From positions 2,368,001 to 2,432,000 of the forward strand of contig CBDCWG010000012.1 of the NCBI GenBank assembly GCA_965223345.1: DNA of 64,000 bases, in the 5' to 3' direction. Both the position numbers and the translations under genes were made by a program. Under the pieces are notes generated by a model. It searched no databases. It saw only the letters and a program-made list of their open reading frames with translations, and was not told the origin of the DNA. This document shows positions 33,440 through 43,399 of this stretch, piece after piece; the first letter of the stretch is position 1, and every line of letters starts with the position of its first letter. This DNA comes from Nitrospinales bacterium. GTDB taxonomy: Bacteria; Nitrospinota; Nitrospinia; Nitrospinales; VA-1.

Positions 33440-34669
33440 TCACCTGTTCGGGGGCGCCGGGCCGTGTGCCAGCCGGGGATGAAAGTGCAGATACAGCGCT
33501 TTCATCGCGAAAGGAGAGAGCAGGGTGGTGAAGGCGATGACGATGATCATCCCGGCGTAGATTTCGTTGGTGAACACCCCGCTTTCCCGTCCCAGTTCCG
33601 CGAACACCAGCCCCACTTCCCCGCGCGGCACCATGGCGGTCCCCACGACCCAGCGCACGGGCCAGGGTTCGTCGATCAGGAAGGAAGCGGCGAGTTTTCC
33701 CAGGCAGGCTGCGATCAGCACCAGAAAGGAAAAGGCCCAGATGAATTCGGAATCCCAATCGATGGACCGAAGATCGAGGGAAAGCCCGACCATCACAAAA
33801 AAGATCGGCGTGAACAACTGGCCGAGCGGCCGCATCTGTTTTTCGATGCGTTCCGTGAAACCGGGATCGGCGTGCAGCATGGAGCCGAACGGCAGGAAGA
33901 ACCGGCGCGACAGGGCCAGGCCAGCGGCGAAACCGCCCAGCAGATCCGGAGCGCCGATGAAATGCGCGAGCCAGGCAAAAAACAGGATCAGCGACACCAC
34001 CGCTGTGGGGATCATGCCGGGGATGTCGCTCACCGAGTCGAAGTGGCGGATGAGCGAGGACATCAGCTTCGCGGCCACCGGGGCGAGGATGAAAAAAAAT
34101 GCCAGAAAGGTCAGCACTTTACCGGAATGGGCCAGGCTGATGGAGCCGCCGATGGAAAATTCGTACAGCATGGCGAGAAGAACGACACCGAGGATGTCGT
34201 CGAGGACGGCTGCGCCGAGCACGATCTGCCCTTCGGATTCTTTCTGCCGTTTCAGATCCGCGAGCACCCGCACCGTGATGCCGATGCTGGTGGCGGTGAG
34301 GGTGCCGCCGATGAACAGGGACATCAAAAGCGGCAGGGAAAAGACGTAATAGCCCAGTATGAATCCGAACAGCAGCGGCAGCACGAAACCGACAAGGGCG
34401 ACCGCCACGGATTTCCCGCCGCTGCGGGCCAGCCGGTTCAGGTCGGTTCCCAGCCCCACCTCGAACAGCAGCAGCAGGATGCCGATTTCCGCCATGTGGC
34501 GGATGACTTCATCGAGTTGAATCCAGCCCAGAATACTGGGGCCGAGCACGACTCCCGCCAGCAACTCGCCGATGACAGAGGGGACTTCCAGCCGGGTGGC
34601 GATTTCCGCGAACACCCGCGCGGTGAGCAGAATGATCAGCAGAATGAGAAAAAAACTGTGGGTTTCCAT
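33440..34669 (-). CDS. Cation:proton antiporter (CPA2/NapA-like)
   Basis: ATSIGIT, GAAVLDD and MVPRGEVGL motifs; many TM helices. Confidence 0.92.
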   Translation of the reverse strand: METHSFFLILLIILLTARVFAEIATRLEVPSVIGELLAGVVLGPSILGWIQLDEVIRHMAEIGILLLLFEVGLGTDLNRLARSGGKSVAVALVGFVLPLLFGFILGYYVFSLPLLMSLFIGGTLTATSIGITVRVLADLKRQKESEGQIVLGAAVLDDILGVVLLAMLYEFSIGGSISLAHSGKVLTFLAFFFILAPVAAKLMSSLIRHFDSVSDIPGMIPTAVVSLILFFAWLAHFIGAPDLLGGFAAGLALSRRFFLPFGSMLHADPGFTERIEKQMRPLGQLFTPIFFVMVGLSLDLRSIDWDSEFIWAFSFLVLIAACLGKLAASFLIDEPWPVRWVVGTAMVPRGEVGLVFAELGRESGVFTNEIYAGMIIVIAFTTLLSPFAMKALYLHFHPRLAHGPAPPNR

Positions 34670-34703
34670 AGAGACCGGTGTTCCTGCGGCCCTGCCAATC
34701 CTG

Positions 34704-35285
34704 TCACGTCTCGACGATCAGAATGATCAGGCTGGTGAACGCGGCGATCAGCACCGCCCGCACACCCGTCCACAGCCAGTGCGAGCCGCTGAGTTTTCCC
34801 AGAAACAGCCCCATCGTGAATATGGTGACGAATGCGATTGCGAGCGACAGGGGCAAGGGAGGGAAGGGCAGCGGCACGGCGAAGCGGTCCAGCCAGAAAG
34901 GGCTGATGATGATCAGGGCGATCAGCAGAGGAGAAAATCCGTTGACCGCGGCGATCAGAACCGGCACCCATTGCGTGGCTCTGCCGTGTTCGGTCTCGGT
35001 CAGGTCCGTCACCAGGGCGCTTTCCAACTCTCCCAACTCCTTTTTTCTCTCCTCGGACTCGCTGATATACGCGCTTGCCAGGCCGCTGATGCAGAGCGCG
35101 ATGGCGGCGCCCATGCAGGCGTTGAGGACCAGGATGGTATCGACGGAGCCCGAGCTGTAAAAGCCCATCAACAGTCCCAGCATCGTCAGAGCGCCGTCGT
35201 AGCCGTTGGTGAAAAAATAGCGGCGCGCGATCTGCCCCGGCCGGGAAATCTTGAAGAGCAGTCGCAGCCGGGGCAGCCCGATCAT
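34704..35285 (-). CDS. VIT1/CCC1-like membrane protein
   Basis: ARRYFFTNGYDG, AYISESEER acidic loop. Confidence 0.7.
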   Translation of the reverse strand: MIGLPRLRLLFKISRPGQIARRYFFTNGYDGALTMLGLLMGFYSSGSVDTILVLNACMGAAIALCISGLASAYISESEERKKELGELESALVTDLTETEHGRATQWVPVLIAAVNGFSPLLIALIIISPFWLDRFAVPLPFPPLPLSLAIAFVTIFTMGLFLGKLSGSHWLWTGVRAVLIAAFTSLIILIVET

Positions 35286-35288
35286 TGG

Positions 35289-35567
35289 TTATTCCGGGTT
35301 CTGCGGCGTGTTTTCGCCCACGACTTCCACTTCGTCGATGCTGTGCAGGGCGCCGCCCATTTCCTTGATCGATTCGACGATGGCGTCGAAGGGAATGTCT
35401 TCGCCTTCCAGCGTCAACGTGATGGATTCGGTGTTTTTGTCCATCTCTTCGACTTTCAAATGCACACGGGTGCCGTTTCCATGCTCGGATATGGCTTTTG
35501 CGAAATCCAGAGGGCCGGGAGTGTGCGGTTTCAATACATCGAGAACCAGGCGTTTGATCGTGGTCAT
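35289..35567 (-). CDS. DUF211-family protein
   Basis: IKRLVLDVLKPH and GGALHSIDEV motifs; alternative start 35594. Confidence 0.8.
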   Translation of the reverse strand: MTTIKRLVLDVLKPHTPGPLDFAKAISEHGNGTRVHLKVEEMDKNTESITLTLEGEDIPFDAIVESIKEMGGALHSIDEVEVVGENTPQNPE

Positions 35568-35607
35568 TCCGGTTACCGCTTCGGTTGGGTTCAATGGGAC
35601 TCCGATT

Positions 35608-36081
35608 TTAACCCGAAAAGCTGCGCAGATACAGGATCAATTGCCAGATCTGTTTTTCCGAAAGTTTGTGAAACCCCTTCATCCGGGTGCCGTGCGATCC
35701 CTGCTGAATCACCCAGAACAGCTGGCCGTCCTGCACCTCTTTCATCGTCTGGTAACAGGTGAAGTCGCGCGGATAGGGTTTCATCCGCTGGAAGATCACG
35801 CCGAACCCGTCGCCCTTGAACCCGTGACAGGTTTCGCAGGGCAGGGGGCGCGCGTCTTCATGAAACAGTTTTTTCCCTGCTTCGATATTTTCTTGAGTGG
35901 GCTCAAGCGGGTTCTTGAATTCGAAATAGTGGGCGAAATCCTCCGGCGGCGGGTCGGTGCCGCGGGTTTGCGGGCACAGGTCGGAAGCCTGCGCGATGGC
36001 GGGAACCAGAAAGAAAGCGCCAATCCAGAACGCGAGAATCAATTGGGACAAAACATTCCTCTTTCTCAACGGGGACTTCAT
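35608..36081 (-). CDS. Monoheme c-type cytochrome
   Basis: Signal peptide, CETCHG, PRDFT, distal Met; GGAGG RBS. Confidence 0.88.
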   Translation of the reverse strand: MKSPLRKRNVLSQLILAFWIGAFFLVPAIAQASDLCPQTRGTDPPPEDFAHYFEFKNPLEPTQENIEAGKKLFHEDARPLPCETCHGFKGDGFGVIFQRMKPYPRDFTCYQTMKEVQDGQLFWVIQQGSHGTRMKGFHKLSEKQIWQLILYLRSFSG

Positions 36082-36135
36082 GCCGACCTCCAGGAAAGGA
36101 TTGCGATTCACACAATGGAAACGATCAGCAACGTA

Positions 36136-36537
36136 TCACATGTTCGCCTCGAATTCCGGTTCCAGCAGGCTTTGCAGGATGTCGCCGCGGGAAACGACCC
36201 CGACCAGACGGCCGTCCTTCACCACGGGAAGCCGGATGATGTTGAAATTCTCCATGACGGAAATCGCTTCGGTGATCGGGATGTCCGGTCTGGCGGTGAC
36301 CACCTCGGCGGTCATGACATCGCTGGCGGTGGAGCGAGCCAGCTCCTTGCCGTCGTTGAGAGCTCGCAAAATGTCGATTTCGGTGACGATGCCGATCAGC
36401 TTGCCTTTCTCCCCGGTGACGGGCATGCCGCTGTAGTTACTGCTGATCATCTGCAGGGCGATGTCGCGCAGTGTGGTGTGTGCTTTGGCCGAAATCACGG
36501 GCCGCGTCATGATTTCTCCTACATCCAGGTCTTTCAT
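36136..36537 (-). CDS. CBS-domain pair protein
   Basis: Two CBS motifs (GIVTEIDI, GVVSRGDI). Confidence 0.9.
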   Translation of the reverse strand: MKDLDVGEIMTRPVISAKAHTTLRDIALQMISSNYSGMPVTGEKGKLIGIVTEIDILRALNDGKELARSTASDVMTAEVVTARPDIPITEAISVMENFNIIRLPVVKDGRLVGVVSRGDILQSLLEPEFEANM

Positions 36538-36696
36538 GCGATCACCTCGCCTTCCTTTTGAGTTTTGCCGTTATCAAACGGCGTTTCGGACTGTCATTCT
36601 CCATACATAAAGATCGTTTCAGCCAGGAAAAAATTCCGCCTGCCGCGGGCGGTCGTCTGTGTAAGCGGAGCGGCATCGAACTACGGCTATTTTATA

Positions 36697-37803
36697 TCAC
36701 TCGATGGCCAGCGTCACGGCGATGCCGCCCATGACGTCGTTGAGCTTGAAATCCCGTTTCGGGCTGTTGGGGTTTGCGTTGTGGCACTCGATGCAGGCCG
36801 GGGTCACGGCTAGGTCCGGATAGATCGCCCGGAAGTAGCGGTTGCCGGCCAGGTGCAGGGTTTCCACGAAGGGCCGGAACGGATTGCGTACGATTTCCTT
36901 GAGGCCCGTGCGCTCGAACACGTTGGCGGGGCCGTTGCTCTTGTTGATGGGCCACAGGCTGATGAGACGAAAATCCATGTCGAGGTTTTTCTGCCGCACC
37001 AGCCGAAACGTCGCGGCCAGGTACTGGGCGGGCAGGGGCAGGCCGTTTTCCAGCGCCCAGTGCTGGGAAGCCCGCAGGATGCCTTTTCCCTGAAGGCGCT
37101 CGACGATCAGCGTCGAATAGACGGTGCGGTCCGCCTGCAGGATGTCGTGGACGTACTCGGCCACCACTTCGGGAGCCAGGCTTTCCTTTTGGGGGTCGAA
37201 GGGAAATTCGATCACAACGCCGCCCATCACATCGCCCACTGCGAAGTCGCGCTTCGGGGAATCGGGGTGAAGGTTGTGGCAGGAGGTGCAGGAGGCGTTG
37301 GTCGCAAAATCCGGATAGACGATGCGATACAGGGACCGGTCCACACCGGGTTCGACCCAGGCGACGGGTTCCTGCGGCCGGTTTGCCACCGCTTGAAACG
37401 CGCTTTGTTCTTTGCCCGGCTTGGGATGTTGGTTCTTGTTGATGGGCCAGAGGCTTTTCAGGAAATAACGCACGCCGGTTTCCGTGCGGTTGGAAAGTTC
37501 GGAGGATTTTTGCAGAAACTGCGCCGGCAGAAGCAGGGTGTTTTCGCTTTCCCAGTTTTCCGTGGCATGAATCTGCGTGGTGTTTTCCAGCCGATCGACG
37601 ATGTAGCCGGAATAGATGGTGCGGTTGGCTTCGATGACGGCGTGGATGAAATCGGCGGCGGCGCGCAATGCAATGCGCCCGTTCTCTCCGGGGACGGTGT
37701 TTGCGGGCCGGGGCGTGGCCAGCAGGACGAGCGTTGACACAGACCCGATCAAAAACAACCCCCACAGGGATTGCAACCCCTTCGTGACCCGAATAGAACC
37801 CAT
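36697..37803 (-). CDS. Tandem DUF3365/Tll0287-like diheme protein
   Basis: Internal duplication with SLWPINK, YPD.A..CxxCH (CTSCH, CIECH) and SPKRDF..DVMGG. Confidence 0.85.
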   Translation of the reverse strand: MGSIRVTKGLQSLWGLFLIGSVSTLVLLATPRPANTVPGENGRIALRAAADFIHAVIEANRTIYSGYIVDRLENTTQIHATENWESENTLLLPAQFLQKSSELSNRTETGVRYFLKSLWPINKNQHPKPGKEQSAFQAVANRPQEPVAWVEPGVDRSLYRIVYPDFATNASCTSCHNLHPDSPKRDFAVGDVMGGVVIEFPFDPQKESLAPEVVAEYVHDILQADRTVYSTLIVERLQGKGILRASQHWALENGLPLPAQYLAATFRLVRQKNLDMDFRLISLWPINKSNGPANVFERTGLKEIVRNPFRPFVETLHLAGNRYFRAIYPDLAVTPACIECHNANPNSPKRDFKLNDVMGGIAVTLAIE

Positions 37804-37993
37804 GTCACTAATATAAGCTTAAAAAACGGGCTGCGCAAGCGGATGGGTTTTGTCTAATACTTTGAATAATATAGATTTATGGGGGGTAGCAATTTCCAGC
37901 TCTGGCGAGGCGGGGCACTGCAAGGCCGGGGTGTGGGGAACGTTCCACCCCGGCCCGTTTCGGGTCGTTCGCGTCCTTATTTTATTGCGAATG

Positions 37994-38686
37994 TTACCGA
38001 AGACACTTGTGCACTCTCACGGAAATCAGCGAGAGGTACTTTTCCGTCGCATCGGTCTGAGTCGGATTCACCTGGTTGTCCGCCAGACGGATGAGGGTGC
38101 GGGTGACTTTGCGGGAAGACATGCTTTTGCTGACCTGCAAGGGATTGGGAATGATGTAGAGCAGCGTCCCTTTCTTTTTCACATCGATCAGTTCCGGGTT
38201 TTCCACTTCCACGCGGAAATCGTCCGCATCCAGTTTGGTGTCCACAATCTGCGTGTCCATCAGGCAGGCGTTGACGGTGAGATGCGTTTCCGCAACAAAC
38301 GAACGCAGGTACGCCGTCAGGTCCGCGATCTGATCTTCGCTGAGATCGAAACTCGGCATGGCGGTGCCGGCAATCCCGTAGTTGATCGCCGCCTCGATGG
38401 ACTGGTCGGGAATGCGGCTCATCACTTTGTAGTTGGTGAAGTCGCGGGGTTTGGGGTCGAGCCCTTCCGCGAGAAATCCGTTGCCGTCGCCCTGAATGCC
38501 GTGACACATCACGCAGCCCATTTCCTGGTAAATCAGCTCGCCGCTGGAAGTCGGCAGCGGTTCCGGCAGATTGCTGTACTGCTTGTGACCGGTGAATGCG
38601 TGCGCGCCGGCCGCGAACAGCAAAAAGACGGCGGCCGCAACGATCCTGCCCGTGGTGATGCTTTTAAGAAAATTCTGACTCTTCAT
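37994..38686 (-). CDS. c-type cytochrome with C-terminal extension
   Basis: Signal peptide, CVMCHG, PKPRDFT, GTAMPSF. Confidence 0.85.
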   Translation of the reverse strand: MKSQNFLKSITTGRIVAAAVFLLFAAGAHAFTGHKQYSNLPEPLPTSSGELIYQEMGCVMCHGIQGDGNGFLAEGLDPKPRDFTNYKVMSRIPDQSIEAAINYGIAGTAMPSFDLSEDQIADLTAYLRSFVAETHLTVNACLMDTQIVDTKLDADDFRVEVENPELIDVKKKGTLLYIIPNPLQVSKSMSSRKVTRTLIRLADNQVNPTQTDATEKYLSLISVRVHKCLR

Positions 38687-39125
38687 CGTTCTGTTCCCCT
38701 CCCGAAAATGGTGTCGTTCCTGTGGCCTGCAGGTCTCAAAGCCCAACCGGTTTGGCCGCGTTCAGGTTGAACCGCTATTAGATGCACACCCCATACCAAT
38801 ATCCTTGCTGAAAAAGGACTTTTGCCGAAGTGGCGGTTTTTCAGGCATTTTGCAATTCGATGAGGGGTAAAGTATTGAATTATTATGAGTTTTTAGTGAG
38901 GCGCGGAGCCTGGATTGTATCTATTTTTTGACACCGGGATGCACTTTTGCGGCCACTTTTTGTGCCTGGTTGATGAGGCGCGCAGGAGAAAAATAGGGGT
39001 GCCCGTGGAAGGCAGCGGGTTGTGGGGGACCGGGATTGTCATCTTTTAAAGGTGAGACGGTTGTCTGTTCTGCCAAAGGGTCCTATATTTGCGCCATACA
39101 TCCATCTTTCGAGAGGGGGCCGCCA

Positions 39126-39563
39126 ATGAGAGGAAACACGCTTGTGCTGATCCTGTTCGCGTCGTTCGTGCTAACCGGGTGCACCGCTTCAGCGGGTTAT
39201 CAGAGGCATCTGGATCAATGGGAGGGGAAAAATCTGGATCAACTGGTGAGCGCCTGGGGGTATCCGGTGACTTCCTACCGCACCGCCGATGGCAACACGG
39301 TGTCCGAGTACCGGGAGATCGCGGTGTCTTCCAACACGCAGAACATCACCGGAACGCATATCGATCATTGCACGACCTCGGTGATTTCCGACCGGTCGGA
39401 CCGCATCATCGGACTGACCGGGGAGGGCAACGATTGTGGCACCTGTGATTTTCTGATTTGCCACATCAACCCGTTCAGCATTTTGGGCGTGTTCGGCGAC
39501 CCGCAGGGCAATGTCCCGTACTCCCGGCACACGCAGACGTTCCAGACTTCTTTCCAGAAGTGA
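39126..39563 (+). CDS. Hypothetical lipoprotein
   Basis: VLTGC lipobox; WEGK..LVSAWGYP. Confidence 0.7.
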   Translation: MRGNTLVLILFASFVLTGCTASAGYQRHLDQWEGKNLDQLVSAWGYPVTSYRTADGNTVSEYREIAVSSNTQNITGTHIDHCTTSVISDRSDRIIGLTGEGNDCGTCDFLICHINPFSILGVFGDPQGNVPYSRHTQTFQTSFQK

Positions 39564-39651
39564 CCCGGCGAACACGGCGCCGGCGTTGAGGGAGCCAAAA
39601 AAGTGTTTTATAAATAACGTAATCGCATTCGTTATCTAATGAGGTGCTTCC

Positions 39652-40080
39652 ATGAAGAGGGTCGTTCTGTTTTTTCTCGCTGCAATTTCATTTCCCGCAA
39701 CACTCCACGCGAAAACTTACGGTGATGTGCAAGGAGCTGTTTATATTTCCAGTGAGGATGCGAAAACCCTGAAGATGAATCTTCCGGAGTCCCACCCCCT
39801 GGGCGAAACCATAACGGTCCATGTCGAAGGCATCGACACCCCCAACGCGAAAGGCAAATGCGAAAAGGAAACGTACAACGCGGTGCAGGCAAGCGAAATG
39901 GCGAAGGATATCCTGGCCGACGCCGAGCAGATCGACCTCAGGAACCTCAAGCGCGGCGAACAATCCAGAGTGATGGCGGACGTCATCGTCGATGACGAAA
40001 ACCTCGCGGATATCCTGATCGAGGCGGGAATGGCCGTACGTTCCGCCGTTGCAGCGAAACCGCACGACTGGTGCGAATAA
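39652..40080 (+). CDS. Exported thermonuclease (SNase)-like protein, probably catalytically degenerate
   Basis: GIDTP motif, LADILIEAGMA, DWC end; EDAKT and GIDTPN replace DGDT and GIDTPE. Confidence 0.7.
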   Translation: MKRVVLFFLAAISFPATLHAKTYGDVQGAVYISSEDAKTLKMNLPESHPLGETITVHVEGIDTPNAKGKCEKETYNAVQASEMAKDILADAEQIDLRNLKRGEQSRVMADVIVDDENLADILIEAGMAVRSAVAAKPHDWCE

Positions 40081-40466
40081 ACGGATCGCTGACTGTCCCG
40101 CCGGTGACAAATATGAATCTTCCACACCACCCTGGGGGGCCTTCGGGCTCCTGAGGACCCTTCCATCGAATTCGTTTTCTGATATCCGATGCCGGAACGT
40201 GAAGCGGTTCGATTCAATTCACCGAAGCCTGATTCAGATTGAGGATAACTTGCAGATTCAGGTCATTTCCCTATCGACGATTAAATAGAATGGGGGTAAT
40301 ATTGTTGGAAATATAGTAGAAGTTTTTCATTAATTTCACGGAGATTTATGGAGTTTGCGGATTGCTGGGGAGGGTGAGCAAGTCTATTATTTCCCTGGCT
40401 TGTTACTGGTGCGATTACCCCAGGTTCAAACCGCAAACGTTTCTTTTAGCGTAGGGGGAGAAACTC

Positions 40467-42092
40467 ATGGTTCACTTCATCCTTTCTCGTCGAAAATATC
40501 AGATGCTAAGCACTTTTATCATTGGGGCCTGTTTGCTCTTTCTGAGTCCTCAAATCGGGTGGACGGTTACAGAGCGGGAGGCTCAGCTGCAATCTGAAAT
40601 CACCGTATTTTATAATAGCGGTCAGTACAAAAAAGCGCTTCCATTGGCAGCGGAGCTGCTTGAATTGAAGAAAGATATCTATGGCGCTGACCATCGGGAA
40701 GTTGCATCCCTCTTGAACAACATTGGAGATATTCATTTCAAGAGCGAAAATTATTCGGAAGCCGAGATCAATTACCTACGGGCTTTAAAACTGTCACAAA
40801 AAATATTTGGAACCTACCACGCCCAGGTTGCCATCAACCTGCATAGCCTGGGCGATGTTTACAGGGAAGCCGGCGTCTTCCCCCGATCCGAGAAGTTTTA
40901 TCAGCTTGCGATAGGGGTCCGCGAAAACACTTTGGGGGTGTATCACCAAAACGTGGCGAACTCCCTCAATAATCTTGCAGAACTTTATAAAAACCAAAAG
41001 TTATATAAAAAAGCCGAGCCCCTTTACAGGCGTTCTTTGGAAATTTTCGACAGCGCCCTTGAGCCCGGCCACCGCCATACCGCCATCGTTCTGAACAATC
41101 TCTCGAATCTGTACCAGACTCGTGGAGAATACAGCAAGGCCCTGCAGTTTTATGAGCGGTTCATAAAGAAGAGCGAACAAAGGCGTTCTTTTAGCCAGCA
41201 TGGTGGGATCGGCAGTACGCCTTCATTCAACTATCCAAGAGTGGTCGCATTGCAAAACCAGGACGGAGATCCGGGGAACGCAAGCGGCATCATGGCCATA
41301 TTTGAAACGGATAGTTTTGACTATGTTGACCCGGAGGGATATGAACTCTTGAACAGCTCTCAAGAAAATCGAGCTCAGGATCCCTTTGAGAAATATGCGG
41401 GGCTCGGCTCCACAATCCATGAACAAAAAATGGATTTCAAATTCTATAAGAAAAAGGCAAAAGAGGTGAAAAAGGAGCAGGTCGCCAGCCTGGGTACCAC
41501 TTCAACAAATATAGAGTTGAAAGATGTGAGCCTGAAACCTGTGCTGAAAGGTCTATACCGGGAAAGTCTTTCGGTCAATCCGCAAGCGGGTGTCAGGGAA
41601 AATAAAGCCCTTTCAACAGAATCGGGAAGCACTTCCGGTGAGATCCCTAATAACCGGCCCTCCGGTGAAACCGGGAAACGCTGGAAAGGACATGATAAAG
41701 GCGATTCTTATAAAGAAAGGAGAAATGAAAACCGTAAGGAAGCGAAAGAGGTCGCCAAATACACAAGGGAAAAGCCCAAAGAAAACCTGAAAGCGGCGAA
41801 GGAAGCAGCCAAGAAAGCAAAAAAAGAAGCCAAGAAGGTAGCGAAGGAATCCAAAAAGGCCGCGAAGGAAGCTGCCAAGGAAGCCAAAAAGGCCGCGAAA
41901 GAAGCGGCCAAGGAAGCCAAAAAGGCGGCCAAGGAAGCCAAAAAGGCGGCCAAGGAAGCTGCCAAGGAAGCTGCCAAGGAAGCCAAAAAGGCCGCTAAGG
42001 AAGCGGCCAAGGAAGCCAAAAAAGCGGCAAAAAAAGCGGCAAAAGAATCCTCCAAGGAGGCAGTCAAGAATTCCAAGAAGGGAAAAGGGTGA
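40467..42092 (+). CDS. TPR protein with Lys/Ala/Glu-rich repetitive C-terminus
   Basis: Kinesin-light-chain-type TPRs (HxxVAxSLNNLA.LY); AKEAAKEAKK tail. Confidence 0.85.
   Translation: MVHFILSRRKYQMLSTFIIGACLLFLSPQIGWTVTEREAQLQSEITVFYNSGQYKKALPLAAELLELKKDIYGADHREVASLLNNIGDIHFKSENYSEAEINYLRALKLSQKIFGTYHAQVAINLHSLGDVYREAGVFPRSEKFYQLAIGVRENTLGVYHQNVANSLNNLAELYKNQKLYKKAEPLYRRSLEIFDSALEPGHRHTAIVLNNLSNLYQTRGEYSKALQFYERFIKKSEQRRSFSQHGGIGSTPSFNYPRVVALQNQDGDPGNASGIMAIFETDSFDYVDPEGYELLNSSQENRAQDPFEKYAGLGSTIHEQKMDFKFYKKKAKEVKKEQVASLGTTSTNIELKDVSLKPVLKGLYRESLSVNPQAGVRENKALSTESGSTSGEIPNNRPSGETGKRWKGHDKGDSYKERRNENRKEAKEVAKYTREKPKENLKAAKEAAKKAKKEAKKVAKESKKAAKEAAKEAKKAAKEAAKEAKKAAKEAKKAAKEAAKEAAKEAKKAAKEAAKEAKKAAKKAAKESSKEAVKNSKKGKG
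41790..42060 (+). repeat. Coding low-complexity tandem repeats (gccaaggaagc units encoding AKEA/AKKA)
   Basis: Directly visible degenerate 9-12 nt tandem units; boundaries approximate. Confidence 0.85.
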
Positions 42093-42263
42093 AAAGCCAC
42101 TTCCCAGTATCATCTTATGCAGGCAGGGAAGTCTTAAAAAGCAGGTAACGTATCCTGACCAAAGGGAGCGAGTGTGGAGTTAGAAGATTCAGAAAACCAC
42201 TTTTCAAAGATAGGCTCAAAGGATGGCTTCGCATCCTTTTTATTTTTCAAGAATAAGGTCTGG

Positions 42264-43184
42264 ATGAGCCCGCTTTTGAAATATTCGGGTCTTTCCGCGA
42301 TCGTTCTGTTTTTATTTCTTTGCGTTCCTGCCGGAATTATGGCGGAGGACAATGAAGACAAGCCCTGGGGGCTTGGCGCCAGTGTCGGTCTGGAGTTCGA
42401 TGACAATTTGACCCGTATCGAACAGGACATCGTATCCGGGGATTCAGACCATGCTTACGTCTTCGAGGCCTATGGAAGTTACCGGTTCTGGGAACGGGCG
42501 GGGCTCGAACTTGAGGCGGGTTACGACTTTTACCAGAGTCTTTACGACGACAGAACCGATTTTGACTTCCAGTCGCACAGTTTCAACATTTCCGCTGCGC
42601 AGGACGCCGGCAAACTGGATTTTGGGGCCGATTACAGCTACATCTATACCACGCTGGGCGGGGATGATTTTTTAGGGCTGCATCTGTTCATCCCCCGGGT
42701 CGGAATTTCGATCACCCCGAAATTGTACACGGACATCAACTACATATTGCAGGGTAAGAATTTTTTCGAGGACGACGACCGGGACGCCGTTAATCATTCC
42801 GTAGGGATCACCCAGTTTTTGTTTTTTATGGAAAGCCGGGCCTACGTGAATGCGGGTTTTCGCCTGGAGGTGGAGGATGCGGATGGAGATGAATTCGACT
42901 ACTTCGGGCCTGTTCTCAAACTGGGTGTCAAACTGCCGGGGCCCTGGGAAACGATATGGAAAGCCGCATGGAAGTACCAGTTCCGCGACTACAATGATAT
43001 TACCCCGAGCATCGGAGAGGAGCGGGAAGACAAAATAAATACCTTTCAATTGTCTGCCGTCAAACCCCTTGCAAAAATATTGGATCTCAAGCTCGAATAT
43101 GAGCACATTGCCAGTGATTCCAACCTTCCCGTTGTGGACTTCAGCGAAAATATCGTCACACTGACGCTTGCAGCCCATTTTTAA
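42264..43184 (+). CDS. Outer-membrane beta-barrel protein
   Basis: Signal peptide, GLEFDDNL start, alternating strands, terminal Phe. Confidence 0.8.
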   Translation: MSPLLKYSGLSAIVLFLFLCVPAGIMAEDNEDKPWGLGASVGLEFDDNLTRIEQDIVSGDSDHAYVFEAYGSYRFWERAGLELEAGYDFYQSLYDDRTDFDFQSHSFNISAAQDAGKLDFGADYSYIYTTLGGDDFLGLHLFIPRVGISITPKLYTDINYILQGKNFFEDDDRDAVNHSVGITQFLFFMESRAYVNAGFRLEVEDADGDEFDYFGPVLKLGVKLPGPWETIWKAAWKYQFRDYNDITPSIGEEREDKINTFQLSAVKPLAKILDLKLEYEHIASDSNLPVVDFSENIVTLTLAAHF

Positions 43185-43294
43185 TTTGCCAATGTAAAAA
43201 TCTCCCTCCCGCTTACACCGCCTGCATAAAGAAAAAATCCAGACAATGGCACTTCGGCCAATAGTTTCCTATTCCATCAAAAAAAACAAAGAAA

Positions 43295-43324
43295 AAGGGC
43301 CTATGGATTTTTCCATAAGCCCTT
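43295..43324 (-). terminator. Rho-independent terminator
   Basis: aagggc-c-tatgga / tccata-a-gccctt stem followed on the minus strand by a long T-rich run. Confidence 0.7.
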
Positions 43325-43364
43325 AAAAATGCTGGCCAGGATGAGTGGATTGCAGCCTCCGGCC
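43320..43364 (-). repeat. Degenerate copy of the tRNA-Pro 3' end (att-like scar)
   Basis: 37/45 ungapped identity to 51425-51469 by manual alignment, same orientation. Confidence 0.7.
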
Positions 43365-43399
43365 TGCGGGGCCGGATCCGATCAAACTGTCAGTGACAA

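Noticed and set aside
41790..42060. Possible CRISPR or non-coding repeat array
   Set aside because: In-frame degenerate coding repeats with no unique spacers and no cas genes
41613..42113. Minus-strand ORFs rich in FLG/LAAF repeats that look like membrane proteins
   Set aside because: Reverse complement of the AKEAAK coding repeat
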